Source of the DNA: Alphaproteobacteria bacterium
Lineage (GTDB): Bacteria > Pseudomonadota > Alphaproteobacteria > Bin95
Reading direction: 5' to 3'
Assembly (NCBI GenBank): GCA_964291285.2
Contig: OZ219787.1
Span: forward strand, 1,056,001 to 1,120,000
Length of the DNA stretch: 64,000 nucleotides
In this document: piece after piece, positions 29,384-39,880 of the stretch
Position numbering within the stretch: the first letter of the stretch is position 1
Layout of the letters: the number at the start of each line of letters is the position of its first letter
Made by a program: the position numbers and the translations under genes
The notes under the pieces: generated by a model
Seen by the model: the letters and a program-made list of their open reading frames with translations, nothing else
Told to the model about the DNA's origin: nothing
Databases searched by the model: none

Positions 29384-29651
29384 ACGCCGCCAACTTCACA
29401 TCCAGTTCCGTCACGCCGCCGGCGCTGTGGGTGGCGAGGGTGACTTCGACGCGGTTGTAGACGTTGAACCATTCGGGGTGGTGGTCCATGCGTTCGGCGG
29501 CGAGCGCGCAGCGGGCCATGAAGGCGAAGGCGGCCGTGAAGTCCTCGAATTGGAAACTGCGCCGGATGGCATCCCGGCCCTCGGCCTCGCTCCAGCCTTC
29601 GAGCGCCGCCAGCGCCTCGCGGCGCTCGCTACCGGTGAGCTTTTCGGCCAT
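29355..29651 (-). CDS. phhB: Pterin-4-alpha-carbinolamine dehydratase
   Basis: F.F.DF..AF.FM...AL.AE.MDHHPEWFNVYNRV.VTL.TH..GG.T.LD. Confidence 0.92.
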   Translation of the reverse strand: MAEKLTGSERREALAALEGWSEAEGRDAIRRSFQFEDFTAAFAFMARCALAAERMDHHPEWFNVYNRVEVTLATHSAGGVTELDVKLAAFMNGAAGAG

Positions 29652-29692
29652 GATCCGCGCCTCCGAAACCGTGTACCTTCCGTAGCCGGACG

Positions 29693-30097
29693 ATGCCTGA
29701 GAGAATCGCGCCTGTCCATCCGCCGAGCCTCGACGAACTGGCCGCCTGGGCCGAGGCCGCCTATGCGGAGCTGCCGGCCTCCTTCCGCCGGCTGACGGCC
29801 GACATCGTCTTCCGGGTGGACGAGTTCCCGGACGAGGAGACCGAGCGCGAGATGGAGCTGGAGAGCCCGTTCGACCTGCTGGGCCTCTACCGCGGCGTCT
29901 CGCTGGACCAGAAGACCGGTTCGGCGAGTGCGGAAGACGTGGACTATGTGTTCCTCTACCGCCGCCCGATCCTCGACTACTGGTGCGAGACGGGGGAGGA
30001 CCTGAAACATATCGTGCGCCATGTGCTGGTCCACGAGATCGGCCACCATTTCGGCCTCTCCGACGAGGACATGGAGGCCATCGAAGCGCAGGCCTGA
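29693..30097 (+). CDS. Minimal zincin-like metallopeptidase
   Basis: LLGLY.G, LYRRPIL..W, HVLVHEIGHHFGLSD.DM. Confidence 0.9.
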   Translation: MPERIAPVHPPSLDELAAWAEAAYAELPASFRRLTADIVFRVDEFPDEETEREMELESPFDLLGLYRGVSLDQKTGSASAEDVDYVFLYRRPILDYWCETGEDLKHIVRHVLVHEIGHHFGLSDEDMEAIEAQA

Positions 30098-30130
30098 CGA
30101 GGCCGCAGGACGAACCGCCGGGGGAAAGCC

Positions 30131-31126
30131 ATGAGCAACAAGGCCGCCGTCATCCACGAAAAAGGTCCGCCCGAGGTCTTCCGCTGGGAGGAGTGGCCGG
30201 CGGGCGAGCCGGGCCCGGGCGAGGCGCTGATCCGGCACGGCGCCATCGGGGTGAACTATATCGACACCTACAACCGGCGCGGCATGCCGCATCCCTGGCC
30301 GGTGCCGCCGCTTCCCATGGTGCTGGGCATCGAGGGTGCGGGCACGGTAGAGGCCGTGGGCGAGGGCGTCACCGAATGCGTGGTCGGCGACCGGGTCTCA
30401 TACGCCAGCCCGCCGCACGGCGCCTACGCCCAGCGCCGCGTGATGCCGGCGAGGCGGCTGGTGAAGCTGCCGGACGGCATCTCCGACGAGGACGCCGCCG
30501 GCATGACGCTCAAGGGCCTGACCGCCCAGTATCTTCTGCGCCGGACCTACCGGGTGCAGCCGGGCGATCCGGTGCTGGTCCATGCGGCGGCCGGCGGCAT
30601 GGGGCTGATCCTCTGCCGGTGGGCGAAGCATCTGGGCGCGACCGTGATCGGCACGGTCTCGACCGACGAGAAGGCCGAGCTCGCCAGGGCCCACGGCGCC
30701 GACCATGTCGCCATCTATTCGCGCGAGGACTTCGTGCCGCTGGTGATGGAGGTGACGGACGGCAAGGGGTGCCCGGTGGTCTATGAGAGCATCGGCAGGG
30801 ACACCTTCACCCGCTCGCTCGACTGCCTGCGCCCGCTCGGCGTCATGGCGAGCTACGGCCATGCCTCGGGCGCGCCGGACCCGGTCGATGTGGTGGAACT
30901 GGGCGCGCGCGGCTCGCTGTTCGTCACCCGTCCGGCGATCATGCACTACATGGAGGAACGCGAGGACCTTGTGGCTTCGGCGAAGGAGCTGTTCGACGTC
31001 ATGTCGTCGGGAGCGGTGCCGGCCACCGTCCGCCACCGTTATCCGCTGCGGGAGGCGGCCGAAGTCCACCGCGCTCTCGAAGAGCGGCGCACCACCGGCT
31101 CGATAGTGCTTCTGCCCTTCGCGTAG
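30131..31126 (+). CDS. NADPH:quinone oxidoreductase (zeta-crystallin type)
   Basis: GVNYIDTY.R.G, G.EGAG, LKGLTA.YLL, HAAAGG.G, GSLF.TRP, TTGS.VL.P. Confidence 0.92.
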   Translation: MSNKAAVIHEKGPPEVFRWEEWPAGEPGPGEALIRHGAIGVNYIDTYNRRGMPHPWPVPPLPMVLGIEGAGTVEAVGEGVTECVVGDRVSYASPPHGAYAQRRVMPARRLVKLPDGISDEDAAGMTLKGLTAQYLLRRTYRVQPGDPVLVHAAAGGMGLILCRWAKHLGATVIGTVSTDEKAELARAHGADHVAIYSREDFVPLVMEVTDGKGCPVVYESIGRDTFTRSLDCLRPLGVMASYGHASGAPDPVDVVELGARGSLFVTRPAIMHYMEEREDLVASAKELFDVMSSGAVPATVRHRYPLREAAEVHRALEERRTTGSIVLLPFA

Positions 31127-31222
31127 GGGCCCTCTCCGCCTGCGGGCGGGAATGGGGACCTCGCGCGACAAGGGCAACTCTCCGTCCGGGGTGGCGCAAG
31201 AGGCGGGTCGGACCTCCGGTCG

Positions 31223-32383
31223 CTACCCCTCTTTCCTGAAGGGCGCGAAGTCGGCGAGGAACTCGATCTCCTCGCCGACGGCGTCGCGTTCGCGCTCCAG
31301 GTAATCCGCGACCGCGCGGCGGAAGTTGCGGTCGGCGATCCAGTGCGCGCTGTAGGTCTCGACGGGGACGTAGCCGCGCTGGATCTTGTGCTGGCCCTGC
31401 GCGCCGGCCTCGACCCGAGCCAGGCCCTCGCGGATCGCATAGTCGATGGCCTGGTAGTAGCAGGCCTCGAAATGCAGGAAGCGGAAGCGCGTGTCGCAGC
31501 CCCAGTTGCGCCCGTAGAGCGTGTCGGCGCCGCGCATGTTGAGCGCGCCGCAGACGATCGTGCCTTCGCGCCGGCCGACGATCAGTACCGTGTTGTCGGC
31601 CATGGTCTCGTGCAGACGGAAGAAGAAATCCCGTGTCAGGTAGGCCCCGCCCCATTTCCGGTCCACCGTGTTGCGGTAGAAACGGTGGAACAGGTCCCAG
31701 TGCTCCTCCCTGAGGTCGTCGCCGCTGAGCGCCTCGAAGGTGAGGCCCCATTCCTCCAGCGTCCGGCGTTCCTTGCGGATGGTCTTGCGCTTGCGCGAGT
31801 TCAGCGCGCCCAGGAAATCGTCAAAGCTCCGGTAGCCGTCATTGTGCCAGTGATATTGCTGGCCGAGCCGCTTGAGGAAGCCGAACTCGCCCAGATAGTC
31901 CCACTCTTCCTTCGGCAGGAAGTTGACATGCACCGACGACACGCCGGACCGCCTGCCGATTTCGACCATTGCCGAAGCGAGCGCCGCGCGCGCCTGTTCC
32001 GCGAAATCGCCCGGCCGCACCAGAAGGCGCGGGCCCGGCACCGGCGAGAAGGGCACGGCGGACAGCAGCTTCGGGTAGTAGCGCCCGCCCGCGCGCTCAT
32101 AGGCATGCGCCCAGCCATGGTCGAAGACATATTCGCCGTAGCTGTCGCCGCGCATGTAGAAGGGGGCGACGCCGGACACGCGGCCCGCTTCGTCCTCGAC
32201 CACGAGATGCTGCGGCAGCCAGCCGGTATCGGCCCCGACGGCGCCGCCGTCTTCCAGCGCCTTCAGGAAGGCATGGGAAACGAAGGGGTTCCCGTCCCCG
32301 GCGCAGGCGTCCCAGTCCTGCGCCGGGACCGCGTCGATGGCCGGCGCGATCCGGACGGAGATCGGTTCCTTGCCGTCGGGCAC
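31223..32383 (-). CDS. DUF482 / FemAB-like GNAT protein
   Basis: SYGEYVFD.GWA.AY, YYPKL..AVPF.P, LYGR.WG, LHFE.CYYQAI, EAGAQG.HK..RGY.P. Confidence 0.92.
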   Translation of the reverse strand: MPDGKEPISVRIAPAIDAVPAQDWDACAGDGNPFVSHAFLKALEDGGAVGADTGWLPQHLVVEDEAGRVSGVAPFYMRGDSYGEYVFDHGWAHAYERAGGRYYPKLLSAVPFSPVPGPRLLVRPGDFAEQARAALASAMVEIGRRSGVSSVHVNFLPKEEWDYLGEFGFLKRLGQQYHWHNDGYRSFDDFLGALNSRKRKTIRKERRTLEEWGLTFEALSGDDLREEHWDLFHRFYRNTVDRKWGGAYLTRDFFFRLHETMADNTVLIVGRREGTIVCGALNMRGADTLYGRNWGCDTRFRFLHFEACYYQAIDYAIREGLARVEAGAQGQHKIQRGYVPVETYSAHWIADRNFRRAVADYLERERDAVGEEIEFLADFAPFRKEG

Positions 32384-32389
32384 GGGGGG

Positions 32390-32854
32390 TCAGTCGATCT
32401 CGAACACGGCATCGACCTCGACCGCGAAGCCCATCGGCAGGGACGGCGCGCCGACGGCGAAACGGGCATGGCGGCCCGTCTCGCCGAATATCTCGACGAT
32501 GAGGTCGGAGGCGCCGTTCACGACCTGGGGATGCTGGACGAAGTCCGGCGTACAGTTGACGAAGCCGCCGAGCTTGACGACCCGCGCCACCCGGTCGAGG
32601 TCGCCCCCGCAGCCTGCCTTCGCCTGCGCGATGAGGTTGAGCGCGCAGGCCCTGGCCGCGGCCACGCCCTCGTCGAGGCCGAGATCGTCCCCGAGCCGGC
32701 CCTTGTGGATGCCCTGGTTGTTGCCCGAAACCTGTCCCGCCACGAACAGCAGCTTGCCGCTCCGGACCCAGGGCACGTAGTTGGCGGCGGGCGCGGGCGC
32801 CTCCGGCAGCTCGATGCCGAGTTCGGCGAGGCGGGCGTCGATCTTTCCGGCCAT
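32390..32854 (-). CDS. RidA/YjgF-family protein
   Basis: LP.AP.PAANYVP, VVKL.GFVN, V.NGASDL...FG..GRHAR.AVG..SLP....VE.D. Confidence 0.92.
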   Translation of the reverse strand: MAGKIDARLAELGIELPEAPAPAANYVPWVRSGKLLFVAGQVSGNNQGIHKGRLGDDLGLDEGVAAARACALNLIAQAKAGCGGDLDRVARVVKLGGFVNCTPDFVQHPQVVNGASDLIVEIFGETGRHARFAVGAPSLPMGFAVEVDAVFEID

Positions 32855-32874
32855 GAAGGGGTCTCCGCTTGGGG

Positions 32875-34266
32875 TCAGGGGGTGGGCGCCGGCCGCGGGT
32901 CGATCGCCGGCAGGGAGCCGACCGCTTCCTCGATGATGCGGCCTGCCGCGATCGCCATGTCTTCCCGCCTGACCGGCGCGACGATCTGGAGGCCGACCGG
33001 CATGCCGTTCGGAGCGAGGCCGGCCGGGATTGCCAGGATCGGGCATGACGTCAGCACCGTGCCCCAGCATTGCTGGAACCAGGGCGGCGGCGCCTCGGAC
33101 CACTCGTCCACCCGGGGGCCGCGCTCCTCGACCGAAAAGGCCGTGCAGCAGACCGTCGGCATGACGATGACATCGACCTGTTCGAAGGCGTCGGACAGAC
33201 GCTGGAACACGGCCGCGCGCTCCCGCTCGGCCCAGATGAAGTCCTCGGCCGTGAGCGTGTTCGCATAGTCGAGCAGCAGCCCCAGCACACGCTCCAGCTT
33301 CTCGCGGTTTTCCCGAATGAAGTCGGCGCGCTCGATCAGCGTGTTGTGGCCGATCATCACCGAGAACAGCCGGGCCATGTCTCCGAAATCGAGCGCGAGC
33401 GGCTCGACCGGAATGTCCAGCTTCGCAAGCGCCGCCTCGACGACGGCGGCAATCTCCGGTTCGACGCCGCCGAGGCCGATATCGGCGACATAACCGATCC
33501 GGGCCGGCCGTTTGCCTTCGGCCCGGAAGGAGCCCTCGTAATCCGGCAGGCTCAGCGGGTCGCTCGGCAGGTAGCCGGCCATGGCGTCGAGGAACAGCGC
33601 GATGTCGTTCACCGAACGCGCCATCGGGCCCTGCACCGACATCGGGTTGAAGCAGCGGTGGGAGTGGGTGCGCGGCACGCGGCCGGGGCTCGGGCGCAGG
33701 CCGCAGACGCCCGCGAAGGCGGCCGGAATGCGCAGGCTGCCGCCTATGTCGGAGCCGTGCGCGAGCGGCACTTCGCCCGCCGCCAGCGCCGCCGAGGCAC
33801 CGCCCGACGAGCCGCCGGGCGTCGTCTCCAGGTTCCAGGGGTTGCGCGTGTGGCCGAACACCCGGTTCGTCGTCACGGGCATCATGCCCATTTCCGGCGA
33901 GCTCGACTTGGCGACGACGATGCCGCCGCGCGCCTCCAGCCGGGTCACGAGCGGGTCGGACTTGTCCGCCACATTGTCGGCATATAACGGGCAGCCGTAG
34001 GTCGTCCGCATGCCTTCGACGTCGATCAGGTCCTTGATTGCGATCGGCAGGCCGGCGAGCAGCCCCCGGTCGCCGGGCGGGATGTCCTGAAGCCGCCTCG
34101 CGTCATCGCGGGCCCGCTCGAAGCGGTGCAGCGGCAGGGCGTTCACCGCCCCGTCCACGGCCTCGATCCGGGCAACGGACGCGTCCACAAGCTCCAGCGG
34201 CGACACCTCGCCCGCCGTCAGCCGGCGGACCGCTTCCCCCGCAGACAGTTCCCAGAGTTCGGCCAT
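32875..34266 (-). CDS. Amidase signature family enzyme
   Basis: GLPIAIKD, TRNPW...TPGGSSGG, GSDIGGSLRIPA, GLRPS.GR; likely start ATG 34266 within ORF 32875..35799. Confidence 0.92.
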   Translation of the reverse strand: MAELWELSAGEAVRRLTAGEVSPLELVDASVARIEAVDGAVNALPLHRFERARDDARRLQDIPPGDRGLLAGLPIAIKDLIDVEGMRTTYGCPLYADNVADKSDPLVTRLEARGGIVVAKSSSPEMGMMPVTTNRVFGHTRNPWNLETTPGGSSGGASAALAAGEVPLAHGSDIGGSLRIPAAFAGVCGLRPSPGRVPRTHSHRCFNPMSVQGPMARSVNDIALFLDAMAGYLPSDPLSLPDYEGSFRAEGKRPARIGYVADIGLGGVEPEIAAVVEAALAKLDIPVEPLALDFGDMARLFSVMIGHNTLIERADFIRENREKLERVLGLLLDYANTLTAEDFIWAERERAAVFQRLSDAFEQVDVIVMPTVCCTAFSVEERGPRVDEWSEAPPPWFQQCWGTVLTSCPILAIPAGLAPNGMPVGLQIVAPVRREDMAIAAGRIIEEAVGSLPAIDPRPAPTP

Positions 34267-34320
34267 GGGACTCTCCCCTCGCAACACGGCTACTATAGCC
34301 CGAAAGCGGGAGCGGGGAAC

Positions 34321-36498
34321 GTGGCAGGAAGGCGCGAAGACGCCCGGTTCATAACCGGACAGGGCCGCTATCTGGACGACATCGAGGTTCCGGGGGCGTT
34401 CTGGGCGGCGTTCGTCCGCAGCCCGCACGCGCATGCCCGCATCCGGGCCGTCGAGGGCAACGGCGCGCCGGTCTTCACCGCGGCGGACATTGCCGGTCTC
34501 GGGGGCCTGCGGCCCTACCAGCCCGCCAACATGCAGACGGGCGAACCGTTCGACTGCGAGCCGCAGCCGCTGCTGGCGCAAGATACCGCACGCTATGCGG
34601 GTCAGCCGGTCGGCTTCGTCACCGGGGCCACGCCGGACGAGGCCCAGGATGCGGCCGACCGGGTGCGGGTCGTCTATGAGGCGCTGGACCCGGAGCCGGA
34701 AAGAGCCTGCCTCGATTGGCGGACGGGCGACGGCGAGGCCGTGGACGCGGCGTTCTCCCGCGCCGCCCACCGGGTCGGGATCGCGCTCCTGAACCATCGC
34801 GTGGTCATCAACCCGATGGAGCCGCGGGGCGCGGCCGGCTTCTACGACCCGGCGGACGGGCGCTACACGCTTCGGCTGTCCAGCCAGAACCTGCATGTCA
34901 ACCGCGACCATGTGGCGGCATGCCTCGGCGTGGAGCCCGGGCGGGTCCGCTTCATCGCGGAGGACGTGGGCGGAGGCTTCGGCGTCAAGAATTTCGCCTA
35001 TCCGGAGTATCCGCTGCTGCTCTGGGCGGCCCGGCGGCTGGGCCGTCCCGTGCGCTGGACGGCCACGCGCTCCGAGGTGTTCCTGACCGACCATCAATGC
35101 CGGGGCCAGCGGGCCGAAGCCGAGCTTGCGCTCGACTCGGAAGGGCGCTTCCTCGCGCTCAGGGTCGCGAGCACGGCGAATGCAGGTGCATGGTTCGGCA
35201 ATGTCGCGGGCGGCGTCCAGACCGGGCAGTTCGTCCATCTGGCGGGCACGGTCTATGCCATTCCGGCCGTCGCTCTGCATATCAGCGCCGTGCTCACCAA
35301 TACGCCGCCCGAGGGCGTGACGCGCGGCCCCGGTTTCGCCGAAATGGTGAACATTCTCGAAAGGCTGATCGACAAGGCGGCGGCGGAAACCGGCATTGCC
35401 CGGGAAGAGCTCAGGCGTCGAAATCTTGTGTCCAGCCTGCCGATGACGAATGCGCTCGGCTTCACCGTGGACAGCGGCGCCTTCCGGGAGGGCTTTGCGC
35501 TTGCCGAGCAGAGCGCCGGGGGCTTCGCGGAGCGCCGGCGCGGGAGTGAGGGGGCGGGCCTGCTGCGCGGGCTCGGCTTCGCCTGCCACATCAAGGCCAC
35601 CGGCGGCTACCCGGAGGAGAATGTCGAACTGCGCTTCCGCGAGGACGGCAGCGTAGACCTCGTGACCGGCACGCAGCATATCGGCCAGGGGCACGAAACC
35701 ACCTTCCCCGAAATCGTGGCCCGCTGCCTCGACCTGCCGAGCGGCGGCATCCGGCTCGTCCAGGGCGACACGGACGAGATCGCCATGGGAGGCGGCCACG
35801 GCTCCTCACGTGCGACCTACATGGCCGGCACGGCGATTTTCCGCGCGAGCGAGATCGTCATCGAGAAGGGCCGGGCGCTGGCGGCAGACCGGCTGGAGGC
35901 GGCGGAGACCGACATCGAATACGAAGCAGGCGCATTCCGCGTCGCTGGCACGGACCGGGCGGTCGGCCTGTTCGAACTCGCCGGAGACGGTGCGCTCGAC
36001 ACTTATTACCACTGGGCGCGGGAATGGATGACCTTCCCGAACGGCACCCATCTGGCGGAAGTCGAGATCGACCCGGAGACAGGGACCGTGCGCCTGGTCC
36101 GCTATGCGGCCTTCGACGATTACGGTGAGCATATCGACGACGCCATCGTTGCCGGCCAGGTGCATGGCGCCATCGCGCAGGGCGTCGGGCAGGCCCTGCT
36201 GGAAGAGGCGGCGTTCGAACCGGAAACGGGCCAGCCGCTTACCGGCTCCTTCATGGACTACGCCATGCCGCGCGCCGACGACCTGCCGCCTTTCGACATC
36301 GCGTTTACACCGACGCGGTGCACGACCAATCCGCTGGGCGTAAAGGGTTGCGGAGAGGCCGGAGCCATCGCCGGATACCCCGCCGTCACCAACGCCATTC
36401 TCGATGCGCTGGCGCCGCTCGGCGTCACGCGCTTCGAGGGAGCCGCCAGCCCGTTCCGCATCTGGCGCGCGATCCGGGAAGCGGCGGAGCGGACCTGA
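34321..36498 (+). CDS. Xanthine dehydrogenase / CoxL-family molybdopterin-binding large subunit
   Basis: [65 protein letters not shown]. Confidence 0.9.
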   Translation: MAGRREDARFITGQGRYLDDIEVPGAFWAAFVRSPHAHARIRAVEGNGAPVFTAADIAGLGGLRPYQPANMQTGEPFDCEPQPLLAQDTARYAGQPVGFVTGATPDEAQDAADRVRVVYEALDPEPERACLDWRTGDGEAVDAAFSRAAHRVGIALLNHRVVINPMEPRGAAGFYDPADGRYTLRLSSQNLHVNRDHVAACLGVEPGRVRFIAEDVGGGFGVKNFAYPEYPLLLWAARRLGRPVRWTATRSEVFLTDHQCRGQRAEAELALDSEGRFLALRVASTANAGAWFGNVAGGVQTGQFVHLAGTVYAIPAVALHISAVLTNTPPEGVTRGPGFAEMVNILERLIDKAAAETGIAREELRRRNLVSSLPMTNALGFTVDSGAFREGFALAEQSAGGFAERRRGSEGAGLLRGLGFACHIKATGGYPEENVELRFREDGSVDLVTGTQHIGQGHETTFPEIVARCLDLPSGGIRLVQGDTDEIAMGGGHGSSRATYMAGTAIFRASEIVIEKGRALAADRLEAAETDIEYEAGAFRVAGTDRAVGLFELAGDGALDTYYHWAREWMTFPNGTHLAEVEIDPETGTVRLVRYAAFDDYGEHIDDAIVAGQVHGAIAQGVGQALLEEAAFEPETGQPLTGSFMDYAMPRADDLPPFDIAFTPTRCTTNPLGVKGCGEAGAIAGYPAVTNAILDALAPLGVTRFEGAASPFRIWRAIREAAERT

Positions 36499-36638
36499 AA
36501 CCGGGATTTGCGGGCCGTGCCGTTTCGACGCCTGGCCGACGAGCCCTTTGGCGATTCCGCCTGTTCCGCCGACCGCGACTCGCCTATTCTGTGCGCGGAG
36601 AGCGACGCTTCCGCGAACCCGTTGGAGAAAACCGGAAA

Positions 36639-37640
36639 ATGCTGGACGCGATTCCTGTGTTGAGTCCGTTTTCGGTGTTCGTGCTCATCGTGCTGGTCTT
36701 CGCCGTGGCGCTCGTCTTCATGGGCGTGAAGACGGTCCCGCAGGGCTTCGAGTTCACGGTGGAACGCTTCGGCCGCTACATACGGACGCTGGCACCCGGA
36801 CTGCATCTCATCGTCCCCATCGTGGACCGTATCGGCCAGCGCCAGAATGTGATGGAGCAGGTGACCGACGTGCCGTCGCAGGAGATCATCACCCGCGACA
36901 ACGCCATGGTGACCGTCGACGGCGTGGTGTTCTTCCAGATTCTGGACGCGGTGAAGGCGTCCTACGAGGTGCGCCGCCTCGAAATCTCGATCCTGAACCT
37001 GACCATGACCAATATCCGGACGGTCATGGGCTCCATGGACCTGGACGAGCTGCTGTCGCAGCGCGACAAGATCAACGCCGAGCTGCTGAAGGTAGTGGAC
37101 GAGGCGACCGCGCCCTGGGGCGTCAAGATCACCCGCATCGAGATCAAGGACATCACCCCGCCCGCCCAGCTGGTGGACGCCATGGCGAGGCAGATGAAGG
37201 CCGAGCGGGAGAAGCGCGCCGTCATCCTGGAGGCCGAGGGTGTGAGGCAGGCGGAAATCCTGCGCGCCGAGGGGCAGAAGCAGGCGGCGATCCTGGATGC
37301 GGAAGGCCGGCGCGAGGCGGCGTTCCGCGACGCCGAGGCGCGCGAACGCGAGGCCGAGGCGGAAGCGCGCGCCACCGAAATGGTCTCGAAGGCCATCGGG
37401 GAGGGCAATGTCCAGGCGATCAACTATTTCGTCGCCCAGAAATACGTCACGGCGCTGGAAGGCATTGCCAGCGCCCGCAACCAGAAGGTCGTGCTGATGC
37501 CGCTTGAGGCTTCCGGCGTGATCGGCGCTCTCGCGGGCCTCACCGAGATCGCGAGGGAAGCCTTCGGCAAGGACGGGGAGTCGGACCCGTCCGCCCCGCG
37601 CCGGGGACGCTCGGTGCCGCCTTCCGGTTCCGGCGCCTGA
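36639..37640 (+). CDS. SPFH/band-7 (QmcA-like) membrane protein
   Basis: N-terminal TM, VERFGRY..TL.PGL, QEIIT.DN, WG.K..RIEIKDI.PP, QMKAERE.RA. Confidence 0.93.
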   Translation: MLDAIPVLSPFSVFVLIVLVFAVALVFMGVKTVPQGFEFTVERFGRYIRTLAPGLHLIVPIVDRIGQRQNVMEQVTDVPSQEIITRDNAMVTVDGVVFFQILDAVKASYEVRRLEISILNLTMTNIRTVMGSMDLDELLSQRDKINAELLKVVDEATAPWGVKITRIEIKDITPPAQLVDAMARQMKAEREKRAVILEAEGVRQAEILRAEGQKQAAILDAEGRREAAFRDAEAREREAEAEARATEMVSKAIGEGNVQAINYFVAQKYVTALEGIASARNQKVVLMPLEASGVIGALAGLTEIAREAFGKDGESDPSAPRRGRSVPPSGSGA

Positions 37641-37650
37641 GACCCGGTCC

Positions 37651-38151
37651 ATGGAAGGGTTCTCGCCCGAGGATATTTCCTACTGGCACTGGCTGGCGCT
37701 CGGCGTCCTCCTGATGCTGGTGGAGATCCTTGTCCCGGGCGTCGTCTTCCTCTGGCTCGGGATCGCCGGGGTCCTGACCGGGCTGCTGCTTGCCGCTGTT
37801 CCGGAACTGGACTGGCAGGTTCAACTGGTCGTCTTCGCCGTCCTGTCGGTGGCGTCGATCTTCCTGGGGCGGCGCTTCGTGGCCTTCAGGCAGGGGCCGA
37901 CCGACCATCCGACACTGAACCGGCGCGGCCGCAGCATGGTGGGCACGCGCGCCACGCTGCGGGATGCGACCGTCAGCGGCCGCGGCCGGGTGCGGGTCGG
38001 GGACACGATGTGGGCGCTCCGCCTGGCGTCACCCGAGGGCGACCTGCCGGCGGATACTGAAGTGACGGTCGTGGAAGTCGACGGTGTGACGCTCGTCGTC
38101 CGCGAGGTCCTCGAGGAAGAGGCGGAAGAGAAGGCCGCTGAGGAGAACTAA
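37651..38151 (+). CDS. NfeD-family (YbbJ-like) protein
   Basis: W.W...G..L...E...PG...LW.G, LNRR...MVG, GRVRVGDT.W; usual partner of the SPFH gene. Confidence 0.9.
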   Translation: MEGFSPEDISYWHWLALGVLLMLVEILVPGVVFLWLGIAGVLTGLLLAAVPELDWQVQLVVFAVLSVASIFLGRRFVAFRQGPTDHPTLNRRGRSMVGTRATLRDATVSGRGRVRVGDTMWALRLASPEGDLPADTEVTVVEVDGVTLVVREVLEEEAEEKAAEEN

Positions 38152-38285
38152 GGCCTCGATCGTCCGTCTCCCCGGCCCGGGGGTTACTGCATGCACACAT
38201 CTGATTTCAGCATGCACGGGGGCTTGCGCGCGGGGCGTGGCGGACGGTGTTACGGTTCCCGGCGTCCGTGCTAAGGTCCGCCCCC

Positions 38286-38504
38286 ATGGACCCCGCGACC
38301 GCCGCCGTCGCTACGCTGTTCGCCGCCCTGGTCATGCTCATCTTCGGCCTGTTCGCCTGGCTGCGCGCCGACATGCGCCGCATGGGCGAGCGGATGGAAG
38401 GCCGCCTCGCCGCCCTGGGGCACGGGATGACGAAAATGGAGGGCTTGCCGGAGGGCCTGCGCGAAGCCATAGCCGGCCGCACAACCCGCGCCGCTGCCGA
38501 ATAA
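38286..38504 (+). CDS. Small membrane-anchored coiled-coil hypothetical protein (72 aa)
   Basis: Hydrophobic N-terminus, then WLRADMRR...MEG..EGLREAI amphipathic segment. Confidence 0.55.
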   Translation: MDPATAAVATLFAALVMLIFGLFAWLRADMRRMGERMEGRLAALGHGMTKMEGLPEGLREAIAGRTTRAAAE

Positions 38505-38632
38505 CGCAGCCCGCGCCCTTGCGCCGAGCGGGAGGGGAGTCAGAGGCTTGCGCGGCCGCGCGCCGTTGACGGCGGGAGCGGGGGCGGCCCACACTGGCGG
38601 GCAGTGGCAGAGGGGGAGGAGGCCAGCGGCCC

Positions 38633-39790
38633 ATGAGCCATGAGAAGCCCTATGCGGGGCTGCGCGTCGTCGATCTGAGCCAGGGGATCGCCGGGCCCTA
38701 CTGCGCCATGCTGCTGGCGCAATACGGGGCCGACGTCATCAAGGTCGAGCCGCCCGAAGGGGACTGGGCGCGGGTGCTCGGGCCCCGCTACGGCAGCCAC
38801 ACGGCGTTTTCCGTCATCGGCAATCTCGGCAAGCGCAGCATCGTGCTGGACCTCAAGCAGGAGGCCGACAAGGAAAAGCTCCGCCGGCTGGTCCGGACCG
38901 CGGACGTCTTCATGGAAGGCTTCCGTCCGGGCGTGGCGGCGCGGCTCGGCTTCGGTTTCGAGACCGTGAAGGCGCTCGCGCCCGGCATCGTCTATGTCTC
39001 GGTCTCCGGCTTCGGGCAGACCGGCCCGCTCAGCGCCAAGCCGGCGATGGACCCGGTGTTGCAGGCCTTTACCGGCTTCACCTACGAGAACCGGGGCCAT
39101 GACGGCATCCCGCACCGCGCCAACCCGATCGTCGTGGACATGTCCACCGCGCTCTACACCCACCAGGCGGTGGCGGCGGCGGTCTATGCCCAGCGCGAGG
39201 ACCGCCGGGCGCGCTTCATCGACTCGAGCCTGATGGCGGCCGCCGCCAACCTCCAGGCGGTGCGCTTGTCCGCGACCCTGATGGAAGGCCGGCCGATGGG
39301 GATGCCGACCGCGCCCTCCGGCGTGTTCCGCACGGCGGACGGCTGGTTGCACCTCGTCGTGCTGAAGACGGGCGACTTCCAGGCGCTCTGCGGCCTGATC
39401 GACCGCGCCGACCTGGCGGCCGACCCGCGCTTCGCCGACCCGGCGGGGCGGTCCGGACATGCCGGGGAGCTCAATGACGCGGTCGCGGCGCATATCGCGG
39501 CGCGGCCGACGGCGCACTGGCGGGAATGCCTGACCGAAGCCGGCCTCCAGAACGAGGCCGTCCAGGACTATGCGCAGTTTGCGGCGCATCCGCAGACGGC
39601 GGCGACCGGGCTGATTTCCTGGCTGGAGCAGCCCGGCGGGGACCGCGCCTGGCCGGTGCCGAACCCGGCCGGGGCGCCGCCGCTGGTCTCCGGCGCGCCC
39701 GAGGCCACTGCGCCCGCGCTCGGCCAGCATACGGAAGAAGTGCTGCTGGAATTAGAGGAATCGGAAGCCGCCGCCGCTGCCGAGGAGTGA
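38633..39790 (+). CDS. CaiB/BaiF (class III) CoA transferase
   Basis: GLRVVDLSQ.IAGPY...LL...GADVIKVEPP.GD, N.GKRS..LDLK, FRPGV..RLG, SGFGQTGP, AP.LG.HT. Confidence 0.92.
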   Translation: MSHEKPYAGLRVVDLSQGIAGPYCAMLLAQYGADVIKVEPPEGDWARVLGPRYGSHTAFSVIGNLGKRSIVLDLKQEADKEKLRRLVRTADVFMEGFRPGVAARLGFGFETVKALAPGIVYVSVSGFGQTGPLSAKPAMDPVLQAFTGFTYENRGHDGIPHRANPIVVDMSTALYTHQAVAAAVYAQREDRRARFIDSSLMAAAANLQAVRLSATLMEGRPMGMPTAPSGVFRTADGWLHLVVLKTGDFQALCGLIDRADLAADPRFADPAGRSGHAGELNDAVAAHIAARPTAHWRECLTEAGLQNEAVQDYAQFAAHPQTAATGLISWLEQPGGDRAWPVPNPAGAPPLVSGAPEATAPALGQHTEEVLLELEESEAAAAAEE

Positions 39791-39880
39791 GGCTCCCGGC
39801 CGGGCGTTGCCGCTTCCGGGCGCATCTGCTAAACGCTGCCCGCCAAGCGGTCCCGGGGCCGCTCCGTTGGGGGGACAGCA

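Noticed and set aside
34267-35799. Apparent 974-aa amidase fusion
   Set aside because: The extension is the antisense frame of the CoxL-like gene; the amidase starts at ATG 34266 after a GGGGAGAG RBS.
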